The notes beneath the pieces were generated by a model. It made no database searches. It was not told the DNA's origin and was given only the letters and a program-made list of their open reading frames with translations. Below, one piece after another: positions 1 through 9,824 of a stretch of 64,000 nucleotides of DNA. Location of the stretch: assembly GCA_965261595.1 (NCBI GenBank), contig CBDHDG010000005.1, positions 448,001 through 512,000 of the forward strand, in the 5' to 3' direction. Within the stretch, counting starts at the first letter, position 1, and every line of letters begins with the position of its first letter. This DNA comes from a bacterium. Lineage in GTDB: Bacteria; UBA8248; JACPRG01; G963555815. The translations under genes were made by a program, and so were the position numbers.

Positions 1-161
1 CTCAAGATCATGATGGACGCGATTTTCGGGGGTGAGAATTTCAGGAATGAGATCGTTTGGAAACGCTACGGTGCACACAATGATGTAGGTCAGGGTCCCC
101 CGCTCTAGGGTTTTGTTGGACACTCGATTGATCCATGATTCATGGAGAAAGGGGTGTCGCG

Positions 162-548
162 ATGAACGAACAAAAGCAAGAGGGGGCTTTGGCGGAGGGC
201 GCCCGCAGGGCGAACGGAGCCAAGGCCCCAGGGCATCGCAGTGAGCGGGGTCGGTTCTCCTGCCAGCGCAAGCGGGAGGCGGTCCTGCGTCTTTTGCGGG
301 GCGAGAGCCTGGAGACGCTCTGCCGCGAGTTGGGCACGACAGCGGCTCGGCTTTCCGCCTGGCGCGAGGCGTTCCTTCGCGGGGGCGAGGCGGCGCTCAA
401 AGCCCGCCCGGCGGATGAGCGGGCCGAGGAGAACGCCCGGCTCAAGGCCAAGGTGGGCGAACTCACGATGGAGGGCGAGGTCCTGCGGGAGAAGATCGAC
501 CGCCTGGAGGCCGGCCGCCCTTTAGCCGGCAGGAGGTGGAGGCGATGA
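162..548 (+). CDS. IS3 transposase OrfA (HTH)
   Basis: RFSCQRKREAVLRLLRGESLETLCRELG HTH followed by a coiled-coil segment (ENARLKAKVGEL). Start could be 135 or 162. Confidence 0.85.
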   Translation: MNEQKQEGALAEGARRANGAKAPGHRSERGRFSCQRKREAVLRLLRGESLETLCRELGTTAARLSAWREAFLRGGEAALKARPADERAEENARLKAKVGELTMEGEVLREKIDRLEAGRPLAGRRWRR

Positions 549-1453
549 GTCAGGCCCGCTTCACCTCCACGGGCAGAGCCTACGGCCTGAAGCGGGTGTG
601 CGCCCTTTGGGGCTTGGCGCGCTCCACGGTCTACGCGCAACGGCGGCGAGAGGCGGTCCCCGTTCATGAACGCCCCACGCCCAATAAGCGCGGCCCTGTG
701 GGCCCGTGCACCGATGCGGAACTCCTCGGCCACATCCGGCAGGTCCTGGAGGACTCTCCCTTCCATGGCGAGGGCTACCGCAAGGTGTGGGCGAGGCTGC
801 GCTTCGCGGGCATCCGCACCAGCAAGGAGCGGGTGCGTCGCCTGATGCGGGAGGCGGGGCTTCAGGCCCCCCACCGGGTGGGCAAACCCCGAGGTCCCAA
901 GGCCCACAACGGGACCATCCGCACCGAGCGGCCCGACCGAATGTGGGGCACGGACATGACGACGACGGTGACCACCGAGGAGGGGATGGCCTCGGTGTTC
1001 GTGGCGGTGGATCACTGCTCGGTGGACTGCGTGGGGATCCATGCGGCCAAGAGCGGCAACCGCTTCGAGGCCCTGGAGCCGATCCGGCAGGGGGTCGCCG
1101 AGCGCTTCGCCGGCTTGGAGGCGGATGTCGCCGAGGGGCTTAAAGTTCGTCACGACCACGGCCCCGCCTATCTGTCCGATGACTTTCAGCGGGAGATCGC
1201 CTACCTGGGCATGACCAGTTCGCCCAGCTTCGTGCGGGCGCCCGAGGGAAATGGCTACTGTGAGTGGTTTATCCGCATCTTGAAGGAGAATCTCCTGTGG
1301 GTGCGCTCTTTCGCCACCGTAGAGGAACTGCGGTGGGCGCTGCTTGAGTTCAAGAACCTGTACAACCATCATTGGATTCTCGAGGGCTACGGCTACCGAA
1401 CGCCGGCCCAGGCAAGGCAGGAAAAACTCGCTCAAGTTGCGGAGGCCGCATGA
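536..1453 (+). CDS. IS3 transposase OrfB (DDE/rve integrase domain)
   Basis: GEGYRKVWARL, WGTDMT, VRHDHGPAY, PEGNGYCEWF motifs; overlaps the end of orfA. Confidence 0.9.
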   Translation: MEAMSQARFTSTGRAYGLKRVCALWGLARSTVYAQRRREAVPVHERPTPNKRGPVGPCTDAELLGHIRQVLEDSPFHGEGYRKVWARLRFAGIRTSKERVRRLMREAGLQAPHRVGKPRGPKAHNGTIRTERPDRMWGTDMTTTVTTEEGMASVFVAVDHCSVDCVGIHAAKSGNRFEALEPIRQGVAERFAGLEADVAEGLKVRHDHGPAYLSDDFQREIAYLGMTSSPSFVRAPEGNGYCEWFIRILKENLLWVRSFATVEELRWALLEFKNLYNHHWILEGYGYRTPAQARQEKLAQVAEAA

Positions 1454-2587
1454 GGTCGAATACCCTCACCCGAGTGTCCAATAACCCAGGGGCGGTCCAA
1501 GGGATCGCGACACTTTGGGCGAATTCATGATACGTTGTTGCTATATAGCAACGGAGAAAAACCAATATGGAACCAGATTTTCACGCCGCTTGATCCGCAA
1601 TATGTAGAAAAAACATACAGATACATAGAGGAAGATACAGGGAGACGCTTCACCACAACGCCACTAACCGGGCCCGGTGGTGAAGCGAAGGGTAACCCTA
1701 TCTATGAATGGAACGGACACACAAGAGCATGGAGGTACGGACGGGAGACGATGGAAAAGCTCGATAACGAGAAGCGTCTGTATTATTCCAAAACCGGCTA
1801 TCCAAGAAGGAAATTTTACCTTGAGGAGTCCCGTGGCATACCGGTTCAAGATATATGGAGCGACATAAGCTCTCTTTCCGGTGCCCATAAGGAACGTTTA
1901 GGATACCCTACCCAAAAACCCCTGGCACTCCTACAGCGCATCATCAAGGCATCGTCCAATCCGGGAGACCTAGTGCTTGATCCCTTCTGCGGATGCGGCA
2001 CTTCCATTGCGGCCGCTGAAATTATGAATAGAAAGTGGATTGGGATCGATATCACCTATTCCGCCATCGCTGCGATTCAGGAACGATTCAAGCGTCAGAA
2101 ACTCAATATATGGAATGACATTGAAGTCCTAAACATCCCAAAAACGACTGACGAGGTTGTCAAAAGATTACTGAGTGCAAAAGTCTCATCTACTTATGCT
2201 CGAAAAGAGTTTGAGAAATTTTGCGTCACCACGATCAACGGACTCCCGAATGGCAGAATGGGAGCCGATGGAGGGATCGATGGGCGTATTCCCCTTGTAG
2301 CCAAAAACCAGGCCATCGTTTCGGTTAAAAGTGGTCATGTGGGGGTGGAGCATGTTCGAGCGTTGAAGGGTTTGTTGGATGAGAAACAGATAGCGGGAGT
2401 TTTCATATCTCGACATAGCCCAACGAAACCGATGAAAGACTTCGCAGACACATCCGGCCTTTGCCGCATTCAAAGGAATGGTCTGTTTGACGTGTCCCCG
2501 TTTCCAAAAATGCAAATATTGACGCTCGAAGAAATACTACGGGGGAAGCTCCCTGAAGTGCCCTACGCGAACGCCGCCTAGGCGTCG

Positions 2588-2637
2588 CCCTATATATTGT
2601 GGTTAGCCCATGTGAGGGCGTGATCTATATGTTGTGG
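2588..2637. promoter_or_regulatory. Tandem NrdR-box-like motifs
   Basis: CCCTATATATTGTGG (2588-2602) and ATCTATATGTTGTGG (2623-2637) resemble the NrdR consensus acaCwAtATaTwGtg. Confidence 0.35.
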
Positions 2638-2659
2638 TCGTCTGCGTCAAGGGCATAAT

Positions 2660-3004
2660 CACTCCGTTCCGTTCTTCGGCTGTGCGGCGCTTTCATCCAA
2701 GCCGATTCAGGACTTCAAGGCCGTCGCGGGGAAATGGGAGGGAAATCTAACACGTCAGGCTGCCCAGTACGGCACGACGACAGGCGCGGCCACTTGGTTG
2801 ATCAATGAGGACGGTACATTTGAGATGATTACGGGAAAGTGGCGGGCCAAGGGGACAATGAGAATCCAGGACGGAAAGATTGTCTATTCCGATGGCCCGC
2901 TGGCAAGCGGCATCGCATCCTTGCATGTAGGATCGGGCGGAAGGATATCGTACAGCACGGGCGACGCACCCGGCACCTTTGGGGCCTGGTCGCCCGCAAA
3001 GTAG
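2660..3004 (+). pseudogene. 5'-truncated small lipoprotein remnant
   Basis: The open frame reads ...PFFGCAALSSKPIQDFKAVAGKWEG...WSPAK*. It has a lipobox-like FFGC but no start codon or hydrophobic signal upstream. Confidence 0.4.
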
Positions 3005-3014
3005 ACAGAGAATC

Positions 3015-3405
3015 AATGGGGTCAGACACGACTTTCACGCAACCCGTGTGCGGGTCGGGAGGGTAAGGCAGCCGCGCGCCTATCCGGGGCCCGGTTGTCG
3101 TTATGATGCGGGCCGCGATTGAATCGAGTCTGACCCCATTTTCTCAATCCACAGATTTCAGAGGATCTTCGGTTTTTTAAAATCTGTGTAATCTGCGAAT
3201 TCATAAGCCTTTAAAAAGACCCTGGAAATATCCAAAAATTTCGCAGATTACGCAGATAATTCCTGTGTTACAAAACCTTCAAATCTACCCAACCTGTGGA
3301 TTGATTAGTATTTGAAACGACATTGGAACCTTCCACTGAGTTCGCAGATCGCACAAATACTTCTTATTCTTTCAAATCTGTGCCATCTGTGTAATCTGTG
3401 GATTC
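3015..3405. repeat. REP-like palindromic repeat cluster
   Basis: Inverted pair AATGGGGTCAGAC / GTCTGACCCCATT (3015-3027, 3128-3140), plus several ATCTGTGTAATCTG / CAGATTACGCAGAT variants in both orientations (3150-3405). Confidence 0.6.
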
Positions 3406-3418
3406 ATCGGCCTCTAAA

Positions 3419-5296
3419 TCAGTTGCCGGGCTTCTTGGCCTTGACCTTGAGCTTCCGTCCGAATGGATGGACTTCCCCGGGGCCGTGTCCGACGGGGAAC
3501 TTCTTCTTGGCCAGCCTCTTCCGGAGCGCCCGGGTCGCCTTGATGTCCACTTCGTATTCCAGCGCCTCGGGATCCCCCACCTTGATCGCCACGCCGTAGA
3601 TCTTTCGCGCGACCTCCAGGGAGATGAGCTCGTTCATCACGTCGTCCAGGACGAGCTGGGGGTCCCGTTTTCTCGGGTCGCCGAAACCTCCGCCGCCGTT
3701 GCTCCGAAAGTTGATCACGTCGCCGGGGCCGATCGGGACGCTCGCGGCGTGCATCCCCAGGCGGCGCTCCCGTTTGGTTCCCTCGTTGAGGGTCAGGGCG
3801 TTGGGCCCGCCGTTCAGTCCGCCGGACAGGCCGTAAGGGGTGACCTCCTCCCGGTCACCGTGGATGGTGATGACCCCCTCTCCCCACATCCGGTAGTGCC
3901 GCTGGAAGCCGAGACCGCCCCGGAACTTGCCGTGGCCGCAGGAGTCGGGGAGGACTTCGGCCTTGAGATAGGTGTACGGATACCAGCGCTCCAGGACTTC
4001 GACCGGCTGGTTGCAGGCCCCGCCGGCGAACATCATCATCATATAGCTGGGTCCGTCCCGGTCGACGCGCGCGCCCTGGCCCCCCTCCATCCAGTTGTAG
4101 GAGACGAACTGGTTCCCCGACCTCGGGTGCTTGCCGCCGCAGACGCAGTTCTCGAGATTTACCGTTCCGGCGTGAATCTGCGTCGGGTCCACCTGGGCCA
4201 AGGGCTGCGCCCAGCAGGCCATGACCGCGGCGTCCACCTTTTCATACGTCCCCGCGCAATACCCGGCCATGGGCGATGGGGGCAGGATGTGGACGGTGCT
4301 CCCCGGTATGCTCAGCAGCTCGATGGACCGGGTGATGCCGTTGTTGAGCGGGGTGAGGTGGGGGAAGCAATGAAGCGTGCCGTCGAACGCCGCCGAGATC
4401 AGCCCCGGATGCGTCAGGCCCGTGGGTCCCCTGGGCGCCGGATCGCTCTTCCGGAAGTCGAGGGAGGCCTGGTCCCCCCGGATGGTGAGGACACAGTGGA
4501 TCTTGACCCTGGGGTGGTCGGGATGCCCCTCGTCCATGTCGGAGTAGTCCGTGAATTCATACCTCCCGTCGGGCAGGCGGGAGACCTCGTGGCGGAGGAG
4601 CCGCTCGCCGTGGTTCATGGATTCCTCGAATGCCCGCGTGACGGTCTTGGCGCCGTACTTCTCCGCGTACTCCTGGATTCGCATCTCCATGACCTTCACG
4701 GCCTGGTACTGGGCCGCGAGGTCGCCCATGCGGTCGTGCGGGACGCGCACGTTCCAGCGGATCAGGTCGAAGCTCGACTTGACGGGCCGGTCCTGGTCGT
4801 AGAGCTTCATGGTGGGGACCAGGAGCCCCTCGGCGTGCACCTCGCGGGCGTTGGGGTTGAACGTCCCGGGAACAGGTCCGCCTATGTCGGTCCAGTGGCA
4901 GTTGGCGATGGTGAAGGCGATGTGCTCGCCCCGGTGGAAGACCGGCCGCACGAGGCGGACGTCCTGGGTGTGGGTCCCGCCCCGGTAGGGGTTGTTGAAC
5001 ATGTAGACGTCCCCCGGCCGGAAATCCTCTTCCACGTCCTCGATGATGCTCTGAACCGTCCCTTCGAAGGTCCCGAAGTGAGGGGTGTGGTCCCGGGTTC
5101 CGTGGGCGACGAGCCGGCCGTCGGCCGTCAACATGGAGACCGAGAAATCACGGCCCTCGGTGATGGCCGGGGCGTAGGCGATGCGCTCGATCATCGCGCT
5201 GCCCTGGGTGCAGAGGTCGCGAAACGCGCTGCGAAGCACCTCGAAGGTGATGCGGTCCATCTCGGGGAGGGGGGTTTTCTTTTTCGACTTGGCCAT
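3419..5296 (-). CDS. Hydantoinase B / 5-oxoprolinase family subunit
   Basis: PGDVYMFNNPYRGGTHTQD, HWTDIGG, EGLLVP, GKFRGGLG, GGGGFGDP motifs; GGAGGAG RBS before the ATG at 5296. Confidence 0.92.
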   Translation of the reverse strand: MAKSKKKTPLPEMDRITFEVLRSAFRDLCTQGSAMIERIAYAPAITEGRDFSVSMLTADGRLVAHGTRDHTPHFGTFEGTVQSIIEDVEEDFRPGDVYMFNNPYRGGTHTQDVRLVRPVFHRGEHIAFTIANCHWTDIGGPVPGTFNPNAREVHAEGLLVPTMKLYDQDRPVKSSFDLIRWNVRVPHDRMGDLAAQYQAVKVMEMRIQEYAEKYGAKTVTRAFEESMNHGERLLRHEVSRLPDGRYEFTDYSDMDEGHPDHPRVKIHCVLTIRGDQASLDFRKSDPAPRGPTGLTHPGLISAAFDGTLHCFPHLTPLNNGITRSIELLSIPGSTVHILPPSPMAGYCAGTYEKVDAAVMACWAQPLAQVDPTQIHAGTVNLENCVCGGKHPRSGNQFVSYNWMEGGQGARVDRDGPSYMMMMFAGGACNQPVEVLERWYPYTYLKAEVLPDSCGHGKFRGGLGFQRHYRMWGEGVITIHGDREEVTPYGLSGGLNGGPNALTLNEGTKRERRLGMHAASVPIGPGDVINFRSNGGGGFGDPRKRDPQLVLDDVMNELISLEVARKIYGVAIKVGDPEALEYEVDIKATRALRKRLAKKKFPVGHGPGEVHPFGRKLKVKAKKPGN

Positions 5297-5342
5297 GCGG
5301 CGGGGCTCCTCCAGCGTCATGTCACTTGCGTGACGGATCGGT

Positions 5343-7400
5343 TCAGCGTCCGTTGGGCGTGATGATCAGGTTCAGGTAGGTGTCCACCGTAGCGGCGGCG
5401 CCGGGCGGCAGAACCGTCGTCGAGTCGGGCTGCTCGATGATCGCCGGCCCGCGGAGGCGGTTCCCGACGCCCAACCCTTCCCGGTCATAGATCTTCGTCC
5501 GCGTAAATCCGCCGGCTTCCCGGAAATAGACCCGCCGGGACCCCTTCAAGGCGCTTTTCAGGCTGCCTTTCTTCCGGGACTTCCGCAGGCTCCCTTTCGG
5601 GACGACGCCGACGGCCGAGAGACGCGCGTTGCTGATCTCGACCTCGGCGTACTCGTCGGGGATCCGGTAGCCGAACTCTCTCTCATACGCCGTGACGAAT
5701 CCGTTCACGATGTCGTCCAGCGTCCCTTTCGTGACCCGGCCCGACGGCACGGGGATCGTCATGTATTTGGACTGGGGGAAATACTTCACGTCGGCGAGCC
5801 GGTGGAGCTCGACCCGTTCGAGCGGAATGTTTTCGCCCTTGAGGGTCCGCCGCGCCTCCGCCTCCAGGTCGCGGTACACCCGGGCCAGCTCGGTGTGGGA
5901 GAGCTGGTCCGACTTCTTCAGGATGGGCCGGATGAAGTCGTGGCGGACGTCCACGCGAAGCGCGCCGAAGGCCGAGGTGACCCCCGGATAGCGCGGGACG
6001 ATGACCTTGGGGATCTTGAGCTCGGCGGCCAAGGATACGGCGTGCATCGGTCCCGCCCCGCCGAATGCGACGAAGGCGAAGTCCCGGGGGTCGTACCCCC
6101 GGACCACGCTGATCAGCTTGACGGCGTTGATCATGTTGGCGTCGGCGAGCCGCAGGATTCCGTCGGCGGCCTCCTCGGCCGACATGCCCAGCGGACGGGC
6201 GATTTTGTTCTCGACCGCCTGTCGGGCCCGGACCGGATCCAGGGACATGGCGCCGCCCAGGAACTGATTCGGATCGATGACGCCGTGGACGACCTGGGCG
6301 TCCGTGTTGGTGGGTTCATCGCCTCCCCGGCCGTAGCAGGCCGGACCCGGGAAGGCGCCGGCGCTCTTCGGGCCGTTCTTGAGGGATCCGCCTTCGTCGA
6401 TCCAGGCGATGGAGCCGCCGCCCGTTCCGATGGTGGTGATGTCCACGCACGGGAAGCGGATGGGGATCGTGAATTCGACCTTGAAACCCGGTTGGAACAG
6501 CGGCTGTCCCTTCCAGACCAGGGACAGGTCCGCGCTCGTCCCGCCCATGTCGAACGTGATGAGGTTCTCTTGTCCGGCGAGCGAGCCGATGTACGCCCCG
6601 CCGACCACGCCGCCGGCGGGGCCGGACAGGCAGGTCCGGGCGGGGATGGTCCGCGCGAGATGGGTGCTCATGACCCCGCCCCCCGAATGAATGATCAGGA
6701 CGTCGCCGCCGAACCCCCACGCCCGGGTCCTGGATTCCAGCTCGGTCAGATACCCTTCGAGGATGGGCAGGAGGTACGCGTTGACGGTGGTGGTGCTGGT
6801 CCGCTCGAACTCGCGGATCTCTGGGAACACCTCCGAGGAGGTGCAAAGGAAGACCCCGGGAAGGAGCTTGGAGAGAACGGCCTTCGTCCGTTTCTCGTGA
6901 TCCGGATTCATGAAGGCGTTGATGAAGCAGACCGCCACGCTCTCGATCCCGCGCTTTTTGAAGATCCGGGCGATGCGCTTGAGCTCGCTTTCCTTCAGGG
7001 GCGTGAGGACTTCCCCTTCGAAACTGATCCGCTCCGGCACGGTCTGCCGGCTGTACCGGGGGACCAGAGGCGGGGCGGGGTCCCAGGTCAGGTCGAACAC
7101 ATCGGGGCGCTCCCCCCGGGCGCCTTCCAGGACGTCCCGGAAGCCTTCGGTGGTCACCAAGCCCGTCTTGGCGCCTTTGCGCTCGAGAATGGCGTTTGTG
7201 GCGATGGTCGAGCCGTGGCGGAAGGTGGTCATGTCCTTCGGGTCCAGGCCGGTTTTCTTCAGGACCTCCATCACGCCCTCGATGAACGTGGGGGGCGTGG
7301 AGGGCATCTTGTGGTTGGTGACCTGGCCGGTTTCCTCGTTGAGACACACCAAGTCCGTAAACGTTCCGCCGATGTCGATTCCCACGCTGTAACGGGCCAT
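5343..7400 (-). CDS. Hydantoinase A / 5-oxoprolinase family subunit (ATP-binding)
   Basis: GIDIGGTFTD, HGSTIATN, SGPAGG, DMGGTS, GPACYGRGG, FGGAGPMH; AGGAG RBS before the ATG at 7400. Confidence 0.93.
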   Translation of the reverse strand: MARYSVGIDIGGTFTDLVCLNEETGQVTNHKMPSTPPTFIEGVMEVLKKTGLDPKDMTTFRHGSTIATNAILERKGAKTGLVTTEGFRDVLEGARGERPDVFDLTWDPAPPLVPRYSRQTVPERISFEGEVLTPLKESELKRIARIFKKRGIESVAVCFINAFMNPDHEKRTKAVLSKLLPGVFLCTSSEVFPEIREFERTSTTTVNAYLLPILEGYLTELESRTRAWGFGGDVLIIHSGGGVMSTHLARTIPARTCLSGPAGGVVGGAYIGSLAGQENLITFDMGGTSADLSLVWKGQPLFQPGFKVEFTIPIRFPCVDITTIGTGGGSIAWIDEGGSLKNGPKSAGAFPGPACYGRGGDEPTNTDAQVVHGVIDPNQFLGGAMSLDPVRARQAVENKIARPLGMSAEEAADGILRLADANMINAVKLISVVRGYDPRDFAFVAFGGAGPMHAVSLAAELKIPKVIVPRYPGVTSAFGALRVDVRHDFIRPILKKSDQLSHTELARVYRDLEAEARRTLKGENIPLERVELHRLADVKYFPQSKYMTIPVPSGRVTKGTLDDIVNGFVTAYEREFGYRIPDEYAEVEISNARLSAVGVVPKGSLRKSRKKGSLKSALKGSRRVYFREAGGFTRTKIYDREGLGVGNRLRGPAIIEQPDSTTVLPPGAAATVDTYLNLIITPNGR

Positions 7401-7669
7401 TGTTTCTCCTTGAGGGCGTCGGGCCGCCCGGCGGCCCCGCCGGGGCCGCGAGGGCAAGCCATCATCCGGCCTGCCCGGGACGGGCCGGGCCATTCGGGGC
7501 TTATTCTCAATGGACTGGAGTCGAACGAAGCGAAAGGTCCGCCTCTATCGAGGGCGGTATTGTTACATTCCGACGTTCGCGAAGTCAACAAATTCGGATG
7601 ATCCGATGAAGACCGGCTTGCTCTTTCCCGCAGGTGGAAAGTCCTGAGGAGCGGTGGCTCCGTTGACCG

Positions 7670-8422
7670 TCAGTGAACCAGAAATCCCCCGTCCGCGACG
7701 AGGTTGTGACCGGTGACGTAGCTGGAGGCGTCGCTCGCGAGAAAGAGGATGGCTTCGGCGATCTCTTCCGGCCTGCCGAGGCGGCCCATCGGGACGTCGG
7801 CCAGGCGGGTTTCCAGCATGGCGGGGTTCGCGTGGTAGGTGTCCGCCAAGCCCTCCGTGTCGGTGGGGCCCGGGGCGACGGAGTTGACCCGGATGTTCTT
7901 CTCGGCCAGCTCGAACGCCAGCGCCCGGGTCATGTTCACAACCGCCCCTTTGGCGAGGCAATAGGCCGAGAGCTTGGCGGCGCCCACGAAACCGAGCTGG
8001 GAGGAGATGTAGATCACCGCGCCGCCGCCGCGCGCCTCCATGTGGGGGACGACCTTCTGTGTGAGGAAGTAGTAGGACGTGACGTTGACCTCGAGGGCGC
8101 GGCGGAACTCCTCGATCTCCACCTCCAGGAACGGCTTGGTCAGCCGCTGGATGTGGGGGACAACGAGCACGTCAATCCCCCCGAACCGCTCGACCGTCCG
8201 GGACACGAAGGCGTCCATGGCGGCGGGGTCGGACGCGTCGTGGACGGCGACGATCACGTCCGCGCCCAGGCCGCGGCATTCCTCTTCCACGCCCGCCATG
8301 GCTTTCGCGTCGAGGTCGATGAGTGTCAGGTCCGCTCCCGCCCGGGCGAAGCGGACGGCCGCTCCCTTCCCGATGCCCATCGCGGCGCCCGTGATGACGG
8401 CGGTTTTCCCTTTCAGGCTCAT
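7670..8422 (-). CDS. Short-chain dehydrogenase/reductase
   Basis: TGAAMGIG, YCLAK (YxxxK), RVNSVAPG, DGG. Confidence 0.92.
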   Translation of the reverse strand: MSLKGKTAVITGAAMGIGKGAAVRFARAGADLTLIDLDAKAMAGVEEECRGLGADVIVAVHDASDPAAMDAFVSRTVERFGGIDVLVVPHIQRLTKPFLEVEIEEFRRALEVNVTSYYFLTQKVVPHMEARGGGAVIYISSQLGFVGAAKLSAYCLAKGAVVNMTRALAFELAEKNIRVNSVAPGPTDTEGLADTYHANPAMLETRLADVPMGRLGRPEEIAEAILFLASDASSYVTGHNLVADGGFLVH

Positions 8423-8607
8423 CGATCTCTCCTTTTCTCAGTCGGTCGCAGATGATTCCGATGTCCCATTGGGTGTCATCGTCAGCGGGTTGGCAATCTG
8501 AACATCGTGTGCCACTGGCAGCTTGTCTGCCGGCGCCGCCCTTTCTTAAGAAGTCAGGCGCGCGGAGAACAGCCAGTCATCCCTCACGCGCTCGATTGTC
8601 GCCTGTC

Positions 8608-9774
8608 TCATTGGACTTCCTGCCAGATCCTTTCCACGTCCTCCCGGTCCACCGGGCGGGGGTTCGTCCGACGCTGGAAGCTGTCCAGGATGGTCTCCAG
8701 GATATTTTCCGGCAGGACCGCCGAGCGTTCGATCTCCGAGAGCCTGCGCGGCGCCCCGGCTTGATCCGCCAAGCGCGCGATGGCGTCCGCCAGGGCGTCG
8801 GCCGTCATTTTTTGAGGCCGGTCCCCTTCCCGTAAAAGGGCGGGGGCCAGCACCTCCGCCAGAAGCGCGTAATCCTTCTCGGCCGCCGACGCGTTGAACC
8901 GGATCACGTGGGGCATGAACATGGCGCACGACGCGCCATGGGGGATTTGGGTCATGGCCCCGAACGGGTGGGCCAGGGCATGGACGAGACCGAGGCCGGC
9001 GTTCGACATGGACATCCCGGCCATGCAGCTGGCGAAGATCATGGTTTCCGCCGCGCCGGGATCGCTTCGATCCTTCAGGTATCGGTGGAGTCCGTCGGCC
9101 CATCGGCGCGCCGCGCCCAAGGCGAGCGTCTCGGTCATCGGGGTCCGTCCATTGGAAACATAGGACTCGACGATATGGCTCAGGGCGTCCAGGGTGGAGT
9201 GAGCCGCCACCGTCGGGGGCAGGCCGGCCAGAAGCTCCGGGTCGAGGATGGCCAGCCGGGGGCGGATGGCCGGAGAGATCACGACGAACTTGTTTCGACG
9301 CTCCAGGTCGGTGATGACCGCGGCCGCGCCCACCTCGCTCCCCGTTCCGGCGGTGGTCGGAATGGCGACGAGGGAAGGCGGGGGGGCCGGGTAGGCTTCC
9401 CGCGGTCCTTCATAATCCACGGCGGTTCCGCCGTTCGCCGCGACGACGGCGGCGGCCTTCGCCGTGTCGATCGAGCTTCCTCCGCCCAGCCCGATGAAGC
9501 CGTCCGAGCCGGATTCCCGGTAGGCCTCCGCCGCCGCCTGGACGACGCCGACGGGCGGATCGGCCGCCGCGTCCCGGAAGGTGGAGACCTTCAGGCCGGC
9601 TTCTTCCAGGCCGGAGGCGACGCGGCCGAGGATTCCCGACTCGGCGACGCCGGGGTCGGTGACGATCAGGGGCCTTTCGATGCCGATTTTCTTGATCGGG
9701 TCGCCCGCGCGCGTGGATGACCCGGCGCCCGAGAGGATTGCGCCCGGTGTTTGAAACCGCGTCGTGTTCGTCAT
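8608..9774 (-). CDS. Iron-containing alcohol dehydrogenase
   Basis: GGGSSIDTAK, IPTTAGTGSE, DALSH, GLVHALAH, HG. The true start is the ATG at 9774 (MTNTTRF) inside the longer ORF call. Confidence 0.92.
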   Translation of the reverse strand: MTNTTRFQTPGAILSGAGSSTRAGDPIKKIGIERPLIVTDPGVAESGILGRVASGLEEAGLKVSTFRDAAADPPVGVVQAAAEAYRESGSDGFIGLGGGSSIDTAKAAAVVAANGGTAVDYEGPREAYPAPPPSLVAIPTTAGTGSEVGAAAVITDLERRNKFVVISPAIRPRLAILDPELLAGLPPTVAAHSTLDALSHIVESYVSNGRTPMTETLALGAARRWADGLHRYLKDRSDPGAAETMIFASCMAGMSMSNAGLGLVHALAHPFGAMTQIPHGASCAMFMPHVIRFNASAAEKDYALLAEVLAPALLREGDRPQKMTADALADAIARLADQAGAPRRLSEIERSAVLPENILETILDSFQRRTNPRPVDREDVERIWQEVQ

Positions 9775-9824
9775 CGTCCTTTCTCCTGGCAGATCCTTCG
9801 GGTCCGGCGGGTCAGGTCCGTTGG

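Larger units (their letters stand above)
96..1499 (+). mobile_element. IS3-family insertion sequence
   Basis: Imperfect terminal inverted repeats share TTGGACACTCG (96-126 and 1471-1499). A 4-bp target duplication AGGG lies at 92-95 and 1500-1503. orfA/orfB layout. Confidence 0.92.
1..2581 (+). pseudogene. N6/N4 DNA methyltransferase with C-terminal restriction-endonuclease-like domain, split by an IS3 insertion (5' end outside the window)
   Basis: Bases 1-95 encode LKIMMDAIFGGENFRNEIVWKRYGAHNDVGQG. After the IS the same frame resumes SRHFGRIHDTLLLYS...YPTQKPLALLQRII...VLDPFCGCGT...GIDI. The C-terminus has GADGGIDG...IVSVKSG (PD-(D/E)xK-like). Confidence 0.9.
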
